64,000 bases of DNA, taken from assembly GCA_003218415.1 (NCBI GenBank), contig QHNK01000028.1, positions 2,029 to 66,028 on the forward strand, given 5' to 3'. Both the position numbers and the translations under genes were made by a program. Positions 36,350 to 45,124 of the stretch are shown piece by piece. The DNA comes from Verrucomicrobiota bacterium (GTDB lineage: Bacteria; Verrucomicrobiota; Verrucomicrobiia; Chthoniobacterales; UBA10450). The stretch's first letter is position 1, and every line of letters starts with the position of its first letter. The notes under the pieces were generated by a model. The model made no database searches and was not told the DNA's origin. It was given only the letters and a program-made list of their open reading frames with translations.

Positions 36350-36796
36350 CTACCAGTTCTGTTGGTCGTCGCGCCGCACTTTCTTGTCGGGATACTCGGC
36401 GCGCACAGTGAGCGCGATGCCGCCGCGCGCGGAGAATTGTGCGGTTATGATGGCTTCGCGCGGCGCGCACGCTTTGACGAAATCGTCTAGGATGCGGTTC
36501 GTGACGGCTTCATTAAACGCGCGCTCGTTTCGATAGGACGCTAGATAAAATTTAAGCGACTTGCTCTCGACGCAGAGACGGTCGGGCACGTAATCGATAT
36601 CGATGCGGGCAAAATCGGGTTGCCCTGTCACCGGACAGACGGAAGTGAAATCGTCAGTTTCAAAATGAATCCGATAATTGCGGCGTGGCGCCGGATTTGG
36701 AAAAGTCTCCAGCCGCGCCTCGGCAGGCGAGGCGGGTAATCTCGCTTCACTCCGTCCGAGAAGCGTCAATCGGGCTTGAGGTTTCGTTTTTGCCAC
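36350..36796 (-). CDS. queF: NADPH-dependent 7-cyano-7-deazaguanine reductase QueF (unimodular type)
   Basis: ...FTSVCPVTGQPDFARIDIDYVP... catalytic Cys motif. 148 aa. Confidence 0.9.
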   Translation of the reverse strand: MAKTKPQARLTLLGRSEARLPASPAEARLETFPNPAPRRNYRIHFETDDFTSVCPVTGQPDFARIDIDYVPDRLCVESKSLKFYLASYRNERAFNEAVTNRILDDFVKACAPREAIITAQFSARGGIALTVRAEYPDKKVRRDDQQNW

Positions 36797-36884
36797 TAGG
36801 GCAAATTAAATCCTCAACCGAAGCACGTTCAACGGCATTTCCGTGTCGCGTTCGATCCTGATTATCACGATCACACACCAAAAT

Positions 36885-38066
36885 CTATTTGGCCGCAATA
36901 CCCTGTGCGCCAAGCGGCAGACCTCCATCAGTGTCAATCAAGGTCAGGCTGCCATCGTGTTCCACGCGAAAGGAAATCACCGATTGTAAACCGCCAGCAA
37001 GCACATATAGGAAATGACTGCTGACGTTTAGAGCCATGTCTATCGGCGCGCTGTTCGCACCCGTGTCACCGGCTACGGAATTGATCAAGCTCAGTGTTCC
37101 ATCGTTGCTAGTTAGGTCGTAGCTGGAAATCGTGCCACTGCCAGTGTTCGACACGAAAGCCAAATGTCCGTTGTTGGTAATGACCACCCAGCACGAGGCG
37201 GTTTGAGAATTCGGCACTGAGCCACTGATCACACTTAATACGCCGTCGTCTCCTGCGCTGTACGAAGATGCCGCCGATGCGCTGGGCGTCCCGCCGAAGG
37301 CCTCTGAAACAACCAGAAACCCAGGGTTGCTGAAGGCGAAGCCAAATGGCGTCATGCCGTTGGAAGCATTATCAATCGGCGCGCTCGGCAATCCGTTCTC
37401 ATCGATAGTGTAAGTATCAATCCGGTTGCCCGCTTTTTCAGTCACAACCAGCAGTGTACCGTCAGGATTGAAGCTGACCTGAGCAGGATCAGCTGCTGTG
37501 TCGCCAATTAACGGCTGAGTCGAGCCAGCCAAGGGTGTCAGCGTGCCGTCAGTGCCTACGGTGAACCCGGTAGCGTTGGGGGTTCCGCCTTCGTTGAGCA
37601 CGTATAGCAGATTTTCGTGCAGTGCCAGGCTAATCGGGCGGACGCCGCCGGAATCAAAAACGCCAACTAGATCGAGCCCGGTATTTGATATCTCCAAAAC
37701 TGAAATCTGATTGCTACCCGCATTGACAGCGAACAAGAATTGGTGGCCCCGATCCAAAATCAATGCGCCTTGCGAAGCGAGGGGGTCAGTCGCGGGGTCT
37801 GTGCCCTGTGGGACGGGATCGCCGGCGCCACCAGTGGGAAATTCACCTGCGGGAGTTAGCATTCCATCAGCAGTGCGGCGAAAAACCGCGACCGTGTTGT
37901 CGACCTGATTCGTCAAAACATAAACCGCACCAGCCTGGAAGTTTCGCGGCACCGGTGAGGGCCTTGCGCGCGGGGTTGGATTTGGCCGTTGAGCTGTTGC
38001 GTTGCTAAGTGACGCCAGGATGAACAAGCTGGCACATATTGCGATAAATTTTGTTTCCCTGCCCAT
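36885..38066 (-). CDS. secreted beta-propeller protein (lactonase-like 7-bladed family)
   Basis: Signal peptide, then repeated ~45-aa blades with ...LYVLN../..FVSN..SGTISSY.. patterns. Family assignment is tentative. Confidence 0.7.
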   Translation of the reverse strand: MGRETKFIAICASLFILASLSNATAQRPNPTPRARPSPVPRNFQAGAVYVLTNQVDNTVAVFRRTADGMLTPAGEFPTGGAGDPVPQGTDPATDPLASQGALILDRGHQFLFAVNAGSNQISVLEISNTGLDLVGVFDSGGVRPISLALHENLLYVLNEGGTPNATGFTVGTDGTLTPLAGSTQPLIGDTAADPAQVSFNPDGTLLVVTEKAGNRIDTYTIDENGLPSAPIDNASNGMTPFGFAFSNPGFLVVSEAFGGTPSASAASSYSAGDDGVLSVISGSVPNSQTASCWVVITNNGHLAFVSNTGSGTISSYDLTSNDGTLSLINSVAGDTGANSAPIDMALNVSSHFLYVLAGGLQSVISFRVEHDGSLTLIDTDGGLPLGAQGIAAK

Positions 38067-38231
38067 GTTTCCTCCTTTGTTGTATTTTTGATGGTTAATC
38101 GCATCTCAAGATCTGGTTAGCTTTAATTTTCTTCATCGACGTGTTTTTTGTGGCAACTATTACCCATAGCAAATACCAGCTTCGAAGCTCGGACTCCGCA
38201 CGGAGTCGCGAGCAGTTGGCGCATTAACGGA

Positions 38232-38606
38232 ATGGATGCGGAAGATCAGACGGCAAACGCGAAAGATCGAACGGGCGTGATCGACTTGATTGCGCACGAT
38301 CCCAAAACAGATGAAGTCGTTCTGGTGATGGATGAGCCTGACGAATGGGATGGTTCGGACGAACAATTGCTCGCATTACAGGAGCGTTTCAACGTTTACG
38401 TTTCATTCCTGCTCGACGGCGAAATGGCCGAGGCACATCCTGAACTGGCCGGTAAACCGGCGCGGATCGAGCTGCGTTGCGCGCACATGCCCGATACGCG
38501 CGCGCTCGAGTTGCTTGGCTTGATTCATGATCAGCTCGCGTTCCAGGAAATTAAGTTCGAAGTGATCGTGAGGAATGATCCGCCTTCGCGCAAGGCTACG
38601 GCGTGA
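38232..38606 (+). CDS. hypothetical acidic cytoplasmic protein
   Basis: ATG 38232 is preferred. 124 aa, no motif recognised. Its TGA overlaps the GTG start of the MFS gene (GTGA). Confidence 0.55.
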   Translation: MDAEDQTANAKDRTGVIDLIAHDPKTDEVVLVMDEPDEWDGSDEQLLALQERFNVYVSFLLDGEMAEAHPELAGKPARIELRCAHMPDTRALELLGLIHDQLAFQEIKFEVIVRNDPPSRKATA

Positions 38607-39904
38607 CAGGCGAACTACCAGACATTGCCGCGGTAACCTTGCGCAAGGTCACGCTGCGGTTGATCCCGTTCTTGTTTGTTCTCTATATCGTAGCGTGGCT
38701 CGACCGAGTGAACGTCGGTTTTGCGGCGCTTCAAATGAATTCCGATCTCGGATTTAGCTCGGCTGCGTTCGGCTTCGGCTCCGGCGTGTTCTTCCTAGGC
38801 TACTGCCTGTTCGAAGTGCCGAGCAATCTCATTTTGCATCGCGTGGGGGCGCGGCGTTGGATCGCAAGGATCATGATGAGCTGGGGCGCCATCTCGGTGG
38901 CGATAATGTTTGTTCGGACCACGCCGACTTTCTACATCCTGAGATTTCTGCTGGGAGCTGCCGAGGCGGGTTTCTTCCCCGGGGTGGTTTATTACTTGAG
39001 TCACTGGTACCCAGAGGCGCAACGCGCACGTGCGATCGCGACGTTCATGACAGCGGTTCCCGTGAGCGGTGTGATCGGCGGCCCGCTCTCCGGCGCATTG
39101 CTAAGCCTGAATGGAGCGTTCGGGCTCGCGGGATGGCAATGGCTGTTTTTGGTCGAGGGACTTCCAGCGATATTGCTTGGTGTGATCGTGCTGCTTTATC
39201 TCAATGATCGCCCCGAGGTAGCGCGCTGGCTGTCTCCGGACGAGCGGAACTGGCTGATTAGCAAACTCGCGAACGAATCGACTGCTCGCAGTGCAGCGTA
39301 TCCGATTGGAATATTCGCCGCGCTGACTAATCCGACGGTATGGCAGCTTGGGATTATTTTTCTTTTGGCCGCAATTGGTTTCTACGGCTACTCGTTTTGG
39401 GCGCCGCTCGTCATTAAGTCGCTCACAAGAAGCAGCGATCTGGGCGTAGGGTGCATCCTGGGTGCCATCAGCGCGGTGACGATCGCCTCCATGGTGCTGA
39501 ACAGTGCCCATTCCGATCGCACTGACGAGCGTCCTTTGCATGTGGCTGGTCCATTGCTGATCACGAGCGCGGGATTTTTTGGTTGCGCTCTCCTTTCCGA
39601 ACCGAGATTGGCCGTCTTGTCGCTGGCGCTTGTTCCGATCGGGCATTGCTCGGCGTACGGTCCGTTCTTCTCTATGCCGACGCGCTTTCTCACCGGAGCG
39701 CCTGCAGCCGCAGGAATTGCGTTGGTTGTAACCATTGCAAACGTCGGCGGATTTTTGGGTCCAACGCTCATTGGCGCGATGAAAGAACGCTTCGGCACTT
39801 ACGGCGCTGCGTTCATGCTGCTCGCTGCATGTGCCATTGTAGCGGCGGCTCTCGCGCTGCGGCTCAGGCGGGTTGCAGCGCTGAGCAGCACACAGACGTT
39901 TTAA
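38603..39904 (+). CDS. MFS transporter (anion:cation symporter-like)
   Basis: 12 TM. ...LDRVNVGFAALQM...LGF....FG.G.G.FF.GY..FE.PSN is typical of ACS-family MFS. Confidence 0.9.
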   Translation: MTGELPDIAAVTLRKVTLRLIPFLFVLYIVAWLDRVNVGFAALQMNSDLGFSSAAFGFGSGVFFLGYCLFEVPSNLILHRVGARRWIARIMMSWGAISVAIMFVRTTPTFYILRFLLGAAEAGFFPGVVYYLSHWYPEAQRARAIATFMTAVPVSGVIGGPLSGALLSLNGAFGLAGWQWLFLVEGLPAILLGVIVLLYLNDRPEVARWLSPDERNWLISKLANESTARSAAYPIGIFAALTNPTVWQLGIIFLLAAIGFYGYSFWAPLVIKSLTRSSDLGVGCILGAISAVTIASMVLNSAHSDRTDERPLHVAGPLLITSAGFFGCALLSEPRLAVLSLALVPIGHCSAYGPFFSMPTRFLTGAPAAAGIALVVTIANVGGFLGPTLIGAMKERFGTYGAAFMLLAACAIVAAALALRLRRVAALSSTQTF

Positions 39905-40530
39905 CGCGTCTCCAGTCGTGCAAAGAAATCCTCGAAGAGGGCATCGTAAATTTTTCCCCGCTCTGGATGATATTGCACAGCGACGGCGAATGGGTAATTC
40001 CGCAGGCACATTTGTTCAATGATGTCATCCGAAGCGCACCAGGCGTCGACCTCGAAACCGTCTGCAACGCGAGCGACCGCCTGATGATGCGCGCTGTTTA
40101 CCCTTTCGAAGCGATGAGTCGCGTTTCTGTCGTAACGCAACGGCTGGATATCGTTCTCTTTTTGTTCGGGAAGATCATGGCCGGGAATGTCGAGCTTCAG
40201 CGTGCCGCCGAGCGCGACATTCAAGGCTTGGATGCCTCTGCAAATGCCAAGAATCGGTAGACCGCGCGCAAGTGACTTCGAAATTGCATCGAACTCCCAG
40301 CGGTCGCGCACCGGATTTACATCGTTGTGGATCAAGGTCGGATCGACATTTTCCTGGCGCAAAAATTCCGGCGAAATATCGAAACCGCCGGTGAGTAGAA
40401 GACCGTCCATCTGGTTCAGTGCAACGTCGCCTTTGCGCGCGTCGAAGACGTGAATGTCGGGATGTTTTGCGAAAAATGGCTGAAACCATTTTTCATCTTT
40501 TGGGCGCATCCAGGTAGCCAGATTAGCCAT
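39901..40530 (-). CDS. class I glutamine-amidotransferase-like gamma-glutamyl hydrolase (peptidase C26, PuuD-like)
   Basis: LLLTGGFDISP, RDRWE, nucleophile loop PILGICRGIQ, NSAHHQA, VQYHPE. Confidence 0.85.
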   Translation of the reverse strand: MANLATWMRPKDEKWFQPFFAKHPDIHVFDARKGDVALNQMDGLLLTGGFDISPEFLRQENVDPTLIHNDVNPVRDRWEFDAISKSLARGLPILGICRGIQALNVALGGTLKLDIPGHDLPEQKENDIQPLRYDRNATHRFERVNSAHHQAVARVADGFEVDAWCASDDIIEQMCLRNYPFAVAVQYHPERGKIYDALFEDFFARLETR

Positions 40531-40574
40531 CGTCGAATTTGCGACTTCCTAATGGGTATGTAAAGAGCACTTCG

Positions 40575-41435
40575 ATGTTACGCGCGGATCTGGCCAGCCC
40601 CTTAAATGAGGAATTGGAAAGATTGAATGACCAAAGCAAGGCGCGAGCGATCGCAGTGGCCGTGCACGATCTGGAGAGCGGCTGGCGATTTTCCCTGCGG
40701 GCCGACCGCTGGTTTCATGCTGCAAGCACGATCAAAGTGGCACTGCTTCTGGCGGTTTTTCGCGCGGCAGACGAGAGCCGGCTCCGGCTGGATGACTCGT
40801 TGCACGTGCGAAATCGTTTCTTCAGCGCGGCAGACGGCTCTCCTTTTCACCTCAACCGCGACTCGGATGCGATGCCTGAACTGTATGAGTCCATCGGACG
40901 GACAGCGAAAATTTCCGCGCTCGCGGAAGGTATGATTTCCTCGAGCAGCAATCTTGCGACGAATTTGCTGCTCGATCTTGTGGGTGTGGAATATGCGCGA
41001 AAGGTTCTGCGCGATGCCCAAGTGGACGGAGTGGAACTGCGCCGAGGTGTTGAGGATCATGCGGCACATGAGAGAGAGATAAACAATGAAGTGACTGCCG
41101 ACGGCTTGGTGCGGTTGCTGTCCGCCGTGCGCGGCGATTTTCTCAGCAAAGAAAGCAAAGAACAAGCGATCCGCATCCTGCTGGAGCAACGGTTCAAGTC
41201 GATGATTCCTGCCGGGCTTCCAGCGCATGCGACTGTAGCGCACAAAACAGGCGAGATCTCGACCGCCTGTCACGATATGGGCATTGTGTATTTGCCCGAA
41301 CGCGAACCATACATTGCTGTCATCTTGACCGAATTCGCTTCGGAACAAGACGGGCGGCGCGAGACAGTCGCAGCTATTTCCGAAGCGATTTATCGCTCGG
41401 TCGTGGGAATGGAACCGAAATCAAATGAGCGCTGA
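40575..41435 (+). CDS. class-A-beta-lactamase-fold serine hydrolase without signal peptide
   Basis: SxxK = ASTIKV, SxN = SSSNLATN, KTG = HKTGE. The N-terminus (MLRADLASPLNEELERLN) is not hydrophobic. Confidence 0.8.
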   Translation: MLRADLASPLNEELERLNDQSKARAIAVAVHDLESGWRFSLRADRWFHAASTIKVALLLAVFRAADESRLRLDDSLHVRNRFFSAADGSPFHLNRDSDAMPELYESIGRTAKISALAEGMISSSSNLATNLLLDLVGVEYARKVLRDAQVDGVELRRGVEDHAAHEREINNEVTADGLVRLLSAVRGDFLSKESKEQAIRILLEQRFKSMIPAGLPAHATVAHKTGEISTACHDMGIVYLPEREPYIAVILTEFASEQDGRRETVAAISEAIYRSVVGMEPKSNER

Positions 41436-42021
41436 GGGATTGCGTGCGGTGGATGCCTTCAGTCTGCCCGAAGAGTACCGCGCGCTGCTGCGACCAGGCG
41501 AAATGGAAACCGACTTCCAGGGCAATGCTCATCGTCTGCCGCGCTTTTTCTATGAAATCAGTAGCTGGCAGGAAGCGCACGAGATTCGGCTCGCGCCGCA
41601 CTTCACGCTGGCGGAATTGATGCTGGTTGATTGCCGTGAAGCGAGACTGCTCGTAAGCCAGTTTCCTCATTATGTGCCGTGTGCAATCGTTTTGCTTGCA
41701 AAGTTTTTGGAGGATTTTCGCCGGGAAGTCGATGCGCCAGTTTTCATCAGCGCAAATGGCGGGTACCGGTCGCCGGCGCATCAGATTGGTGGCGCGAAAA
41801 GCATTCATGCCTGGGGAACAGCTGCGAACATTTACCGTGTCGGAGACACCTTCCTTTCCGATGCGAAATCAATTGAGAAATATCGGGCCATCGCGGCCTC
41901 GCTCGGTCCCGCTGTGTTTGTTCGACCATTCGGCTCGGAACGAGTGCAAACCGACGACCATCTCCACATCGATTTAGGATTTGCGAGCTTGACTCCGCGC
42001 GAATGCAGCGAGGCGAGTTGA
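41425..42021 (+). CDS. peptidase M15A-like (D-Ala-D-Ala carboxypeptidase/hedgehog-type Zn fold) protein with Asp-to-Asn at a metal-ligand position
   Basis: APHFTLAEL..., GGYRSPAHQIGGAKSIHAWGTAANI (the family pattern is S.H..G.A.D) and DDHLHIDLG. No signal peptide. Overlaps the upstream gene by 11 nt. Confidence 0.65.
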   Translation: MSAEGLRAVDAFSLPEEYRALLRPGEMETDFQGNAHRLPRFFYEISSWQEAHEIRLAPHFTLAELMLVDCREARLLVSQFPHYVPCAIVLLAKFLEDFRREVDAPVFISANGGYRSPAHQIGGAKSIHAWGTAANIYRVGDTFLSDAKSIEKYRAIAASLGPAVFVRPFGSERVQTDDHLHIDLGFASLTPRECSEAS

Positions 42022-42036
42022 TCTCACATTGAGCAG

Positions 42037-43302
42037 ATGAAGAATCTGGGAACAGAACGGGGCGCCCGGTTTTTCCCCGAACGCGCGCGTGCCGCAACAC
42101 CGCCGCGGGCCGTGATCGGCCTGGAAGCGGAGTTTAATCTTTTCGTCAATGGACGCAGACGGCGTCCGGAAAAGGTTTTTGGCGACCCGAGCCGTCTGGT
42201 GCGCCGGCGAATGATTCCGCGCGCGGGCAAATCGTTTCAACTGCCGGCGGGCGGCGCGATTTATTTTGATACTGGCGTAATCGAAGTCGCCACACCGATT
42301 GTTGAACTTGAGCCGGGCTGTTGTTATCGCGCGACACGTTCACTGTGGGAGCAAATCCGCTATTTACGAGTGGAGCTGGATCACTGGGCCAAACGAAACA
42401 GCTGCCAATGCCGTCTACAGGGTTTTAGCACGCATTATAACTTTTCATTTCCCAATGCCCGAAAATCAAAATTTCGGAATGCGACCAAGCTTGCGTATCT
42501 GCTTGCGCACATTTTGCCAATGCCCGTGCTTTTGCTGGCAGCGAACCGGCAGAGCAGCGCGGTCGGCGTCCGTCCGCGCAGGACCCGAGTCGAGGTGACA
42601 GCTGATTTTACGCCGGACCCAGCGTTGATGCTGGCAACGTGCGCGTTCGTCGCGGGCGCCGTGGAAACAGTCCTTCGCTGGGAAGATTTTGGCCTGAGGC
42701 AATTGAACCGACACGGAATTCCTCGCATCACGCCATTTCGTCTGCGAAAACATTCTTCGCGTCGCGGTTGGCGGGTCACGGGCGATTCACTAAGCCAAAA
42801 TCCGTTCACGGCGGACATCAATGCGCCGCTTTGGAAATTGCGCGACGGTCGAGTCCTCAGCTTGCGCGTAATCGCGGCAGAAACTTTGAGGCCATTTGGC
42901 CGGCGAATTCGGCACATTAGCGACTCCAGCACGCTGGAGCACATCACCGCGGTTTTCGCTGGCAACGCGCGCTCACTTTTAGATTTCGCGGACCGGCCTG
43001 AAGCATATGACAATGTCGGGCGTGCGATTGATTGGGGCCGCCGCCGGATGCAACGCTGGTCACGCTCCAAATACGAAAAGATCATTCATCACGTGATCGC
43101 GCGCGAACCGTTGCGCATTGGACGAAAACGCTACACGGTCGAACGGATGAACGGCTGGTATCAGATCGAGTTTCGTGAACTGGGAGCGCGTAAACACAGG
43201 ATGTTTAACTTGGACGAACTGGTGAGATTCGCCGACACGAAAAAGAAGCCGTCAACTACTCGTTCCAAGCGCAAAGCAATCAAAGCACGACGACGCAAGT
43301 AG
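42037..43302 (+). CDS. PafA/Dop/GCS2-like carboxylate-amine ligase-fold protein with highly basic tail
   Basis: Ordered motifs GLEAEFN, GGAIYFDTGVIEVATP and FSTHYNFS resemble GIETEFG / NGARLYLDVGSHPEYATAE / GCHENYL of Pup ligases as I recall them. C-terminus KKKPSTTRSKRKAIKARRRK. The CDS is confident; the function is inference. Confidence 0.7.
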   Translation: MKNLGTERGARFFPERARAATPPRAVIGLEAEFNLFVNGRRRRPEKVFGDPSRLVRRRMIPRAGKSFQLPAGGAIYFDTGVIEVATPIVELEPGCCYRATRSLWEQIRYLRVELDHWAKRNSCQCRLQGFSTHYNFSFPNARKSKFRNATKLAYLLAHILPMPVLLLAANRQSSAVGVRPRRTRVEVTADFTPDPALMLATCAFVAGAVETVLRWEDFGLRQLNRHGIPRITPFRLRKHSSRRGWRVTGDSLSQNPFTADINAPLWKLRDGRVLSLRVIAAETLRPFGRRIRHISDSSTLEHITAVFAGNARSLLDFADRPEAYDNVGRAIDWGRRRMQRWSRSKYEKIIHHVIAREPLRIGRKRYTVERMNGWYQIEFRELGARKHRMFNLDELVRFADTKKKPSTTRSKRKAIKARRRK

Positions 43303-43316
43303 TCCTGCGCGATCGT

Positions 43317-43374
43317 TGTAGGGCGTCTGTGTCAGACGCCTGCTTGAATCGGTGTTTCGCAGAATACGCCTACA
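43317..43374. repeat. compound palindrome TGTAGGGCG...CGCCTACA (copy 2)
   Basis: TGTAGGGCGTCTGTGTCAGACGCCTGCTTGAATCGGTGTTTCGCAGAATACGCCTACA. The first 25 nt are identical to 33834..33858. It overlaps the DUF885 stop codon. Confidence 0.75.
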
Positions 43375-45118
43375 GTCCCATCAGTTCGCGAACGTATTTT
43401 ACCGGCGGGCTGCCGTACGAGACGACTTGATCGTTGTATTTCTTAAGGTTGAAATCCTTGCCCAATTTCCTCTGTTCCGCAGCGCGAAGATCGAGATGCT
43501 CGGTGGCGCCTACGAAATATGTGGAAAGCTGGGCAGAAGTCAGGCGTGCGCGTTTCCATTTCGCTACCGCTTCGCCTTCCTGCTGGTATCCCTCCTTCAT
43601 CATCAGATCCATCGCTTCCTTTTCGTTCATGTTCCCTGCGTGAATGCTTTGGTCGAGAACGGCATTGCAGATGGCGCGCAGCCGCATCTTCAGCTGCTGC
43701 ATTTTCACCTCGGGCCCGCCATAACCCTGTTCCGCCATCACCTGTTCACAATAAACGGCCCAACCCTCGACGAATGCGCCGCTCTGAAAAATCGCGCGCA
43801 CCAAAGTGGGCGCGCGGAATTCGTTGGCCCGAGCCAGTTGCAGGAAATGTCCCGGCATAGCCTCATGCACGGTCAAATCGCGAATCATGTAATTGTTGTA
43901 CTCGCGGAAGAATGATTCCCTGCGTTCTTTTGACCAATCCTTGGGCGTTGGCGCGACGGCGAAAAATGTTTTGCCGGTTTTATCGAGCGGGCCCGGCGCG
44001 TCGCAGTAGGCGATAGCGACGCCGCGTTTGAATTCGGGCATCGCGATCACATCCAGCGGCACGTTCGGGACGGTGACCAAATCGTGTTGCTTCGCGAAAT
44101 CAGTCGCTTCCGTGACAATCTTTTTCGCGTAATCGACGACGGTGGCGTCGTCGGGATGTTGCTCGGCAAGTTTGTCGACTACTGCCGCTGTGACCTCATG
44201 TTTGTCCGCGAGTCCGGCAGCTGCCGGATCAGCGCTTGGAAAATATTTTTTGTAGAGCGGCAATGCGGTCTCATAGATGGCGGTTTGCGTCTGTTGAAGG
44301 TCGGCCGTCGCGCGCTTCATGATTTCTTCCATCGACAAGTCCGACGCGAGGGCGAAACGCAGCTTCTTTCGGTACTTCTCCGCGCCAAGGCGGAAGTCGC
44401 CGTCTGAGCGCGGCAACAGATCGTTCTGGAGCCATTTCTTGTAATCCTCCAGCGCGGCTGCGGTTTTTTCCTGTAACGGCGTGAGGTCCTTCTTCATTCG
44501 CGGCGACTGGTCGAGCAGAGGCGCCAATCCTTCACGCACGAGACTGATTGCGCCCTGCGTTTGCTCGATCGCTGTTTCAGTGTGAACGCGCGGCGGGTGT
44601 TGCAGGTTGGCTTTCGCCTGGGCGATCACGCGTGGGATTTCGTCCATGCGCTGGCGCAAATTCGGAATCCGTTTTTCCGGCGGCGCAAAATCACGTGCGA
44701 CTAACAGGTAAACGCTGTTGGCCAGGCTCTGCATGTAAACGAGCGGGTTCCACTCCGGTTCCTTCAGCTCTTCGGCTTGGAAGATTTTATAGTCGATATT
44801 TTCCTTCAGGATGCGGAAATCGATAGTGTTCGCACCCGTTAGGTGGAAGCCTTCTGTCTCCATCGCGTTCAGCTCGTCGCGAAAAAATTTTTGGGTTGCC
44901 AGCTCTTTTGCCCGCGCGGCGGGGGAGTAATCGGTCAGCTGTCCGTCGAAGCGATGATCACCGAGCTCCGTCGCATCTTCGGGATTAGCTCGCAAATATT
45001 GCTCGATGTAATCGTGGGCAGTCTTTTGAAATGCGTCATCATCCGTAACACGCACAAGGGCGAACACCGCGAAGATCGACAACAACGATACCAACGCGAA
45101 TGCGATGCCGGTTTTCAT
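43370..45118 (-). CDS. DUF885-family (metallopeptidase-like) secreted protein
   Basis: 582 aa, signal peptide, HEAMPGH (HExxH-like) followed by ...FVEGWAVYCE..., as in DUF885. Confidence 0.8.
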   Translation of the reverse strand: MKTGIAFALVSLLSIFAVFALVRVTDDDAFQKTAHDYIEQYLRANPEDATELGDHRFDGQLTDYSPAARAKELATQKFFRDELNAMETEGFHLTGANTIDFRILKENIDYKIFQAEELKEPEWNPLVYMQSLANSVYLLVARDFAPPEKRIPNLRQRMDEIPRVIAQAKANLQHPPRVHTETAIEQTQGAISLVREGLAPLLDQSPRMKKDLTPLQEKTAAALEDYKKWLQNDLLPRSDGDFRLGAEKYRKKLRFALASDLSMEEIMKRATADLQQTQTAIYETALPLYKKYFPSADPAAAGLADKHEVTAAVVDKLAEQHPDDATVVDYAKKIVTEATDFAKQHDLVTVPNVPLDVIAMPEFKRGVAIAYCDAPGPLDKTGKTFFAVAPTPKDWSKERRESFFREYNNYMIRDLTVHEAMPGHFLQLARANEFRAPTLVRAIFQSGAFVEGWAVYCEQVMAEQGYGGPEVKMQQLKMRLRAICNAVLDQSIHAGNMNEKEAMDLMMKEGYQQEGEAVAKWKRARLTSAQLSTYFVGATEHLDLRAAEQRKLGKDFNLKKYNDQVVSYGSPPVKYVRELMGL

Positions 45119-45124
45119 CCAATC

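Noticed and set aside
36797-36884. preQ1 riboswitch upstream of queF (and in the queC leader)
   Set aside because: No match by eye to the compact preQ1-I/II consensus (AGAGGTTC...CCCTCT...AAAAAACTA-like). An Infernal scan would settle it.
39101-40009. 302-aa minus-strand ORF; also 3360..4088 and the antisense ORFs inside mutS and smc (e.g. 10553..11092, 11261..11824, 27355..27972, 28454..29161)
   Set aside because: All are antisense or off-frame within well-supported genes and show the skewed Arg/Ala/Ser composition of shadow ORFs.
39901-43302. Canonical Pup/UBact-proteasome system
   Set aside because: No proteasome alpha/beta, Mpa/ARC ATPase or small Pup/UBact-like ORF is present in or next to the operon. 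Only the ligase-fold resemblance remains.
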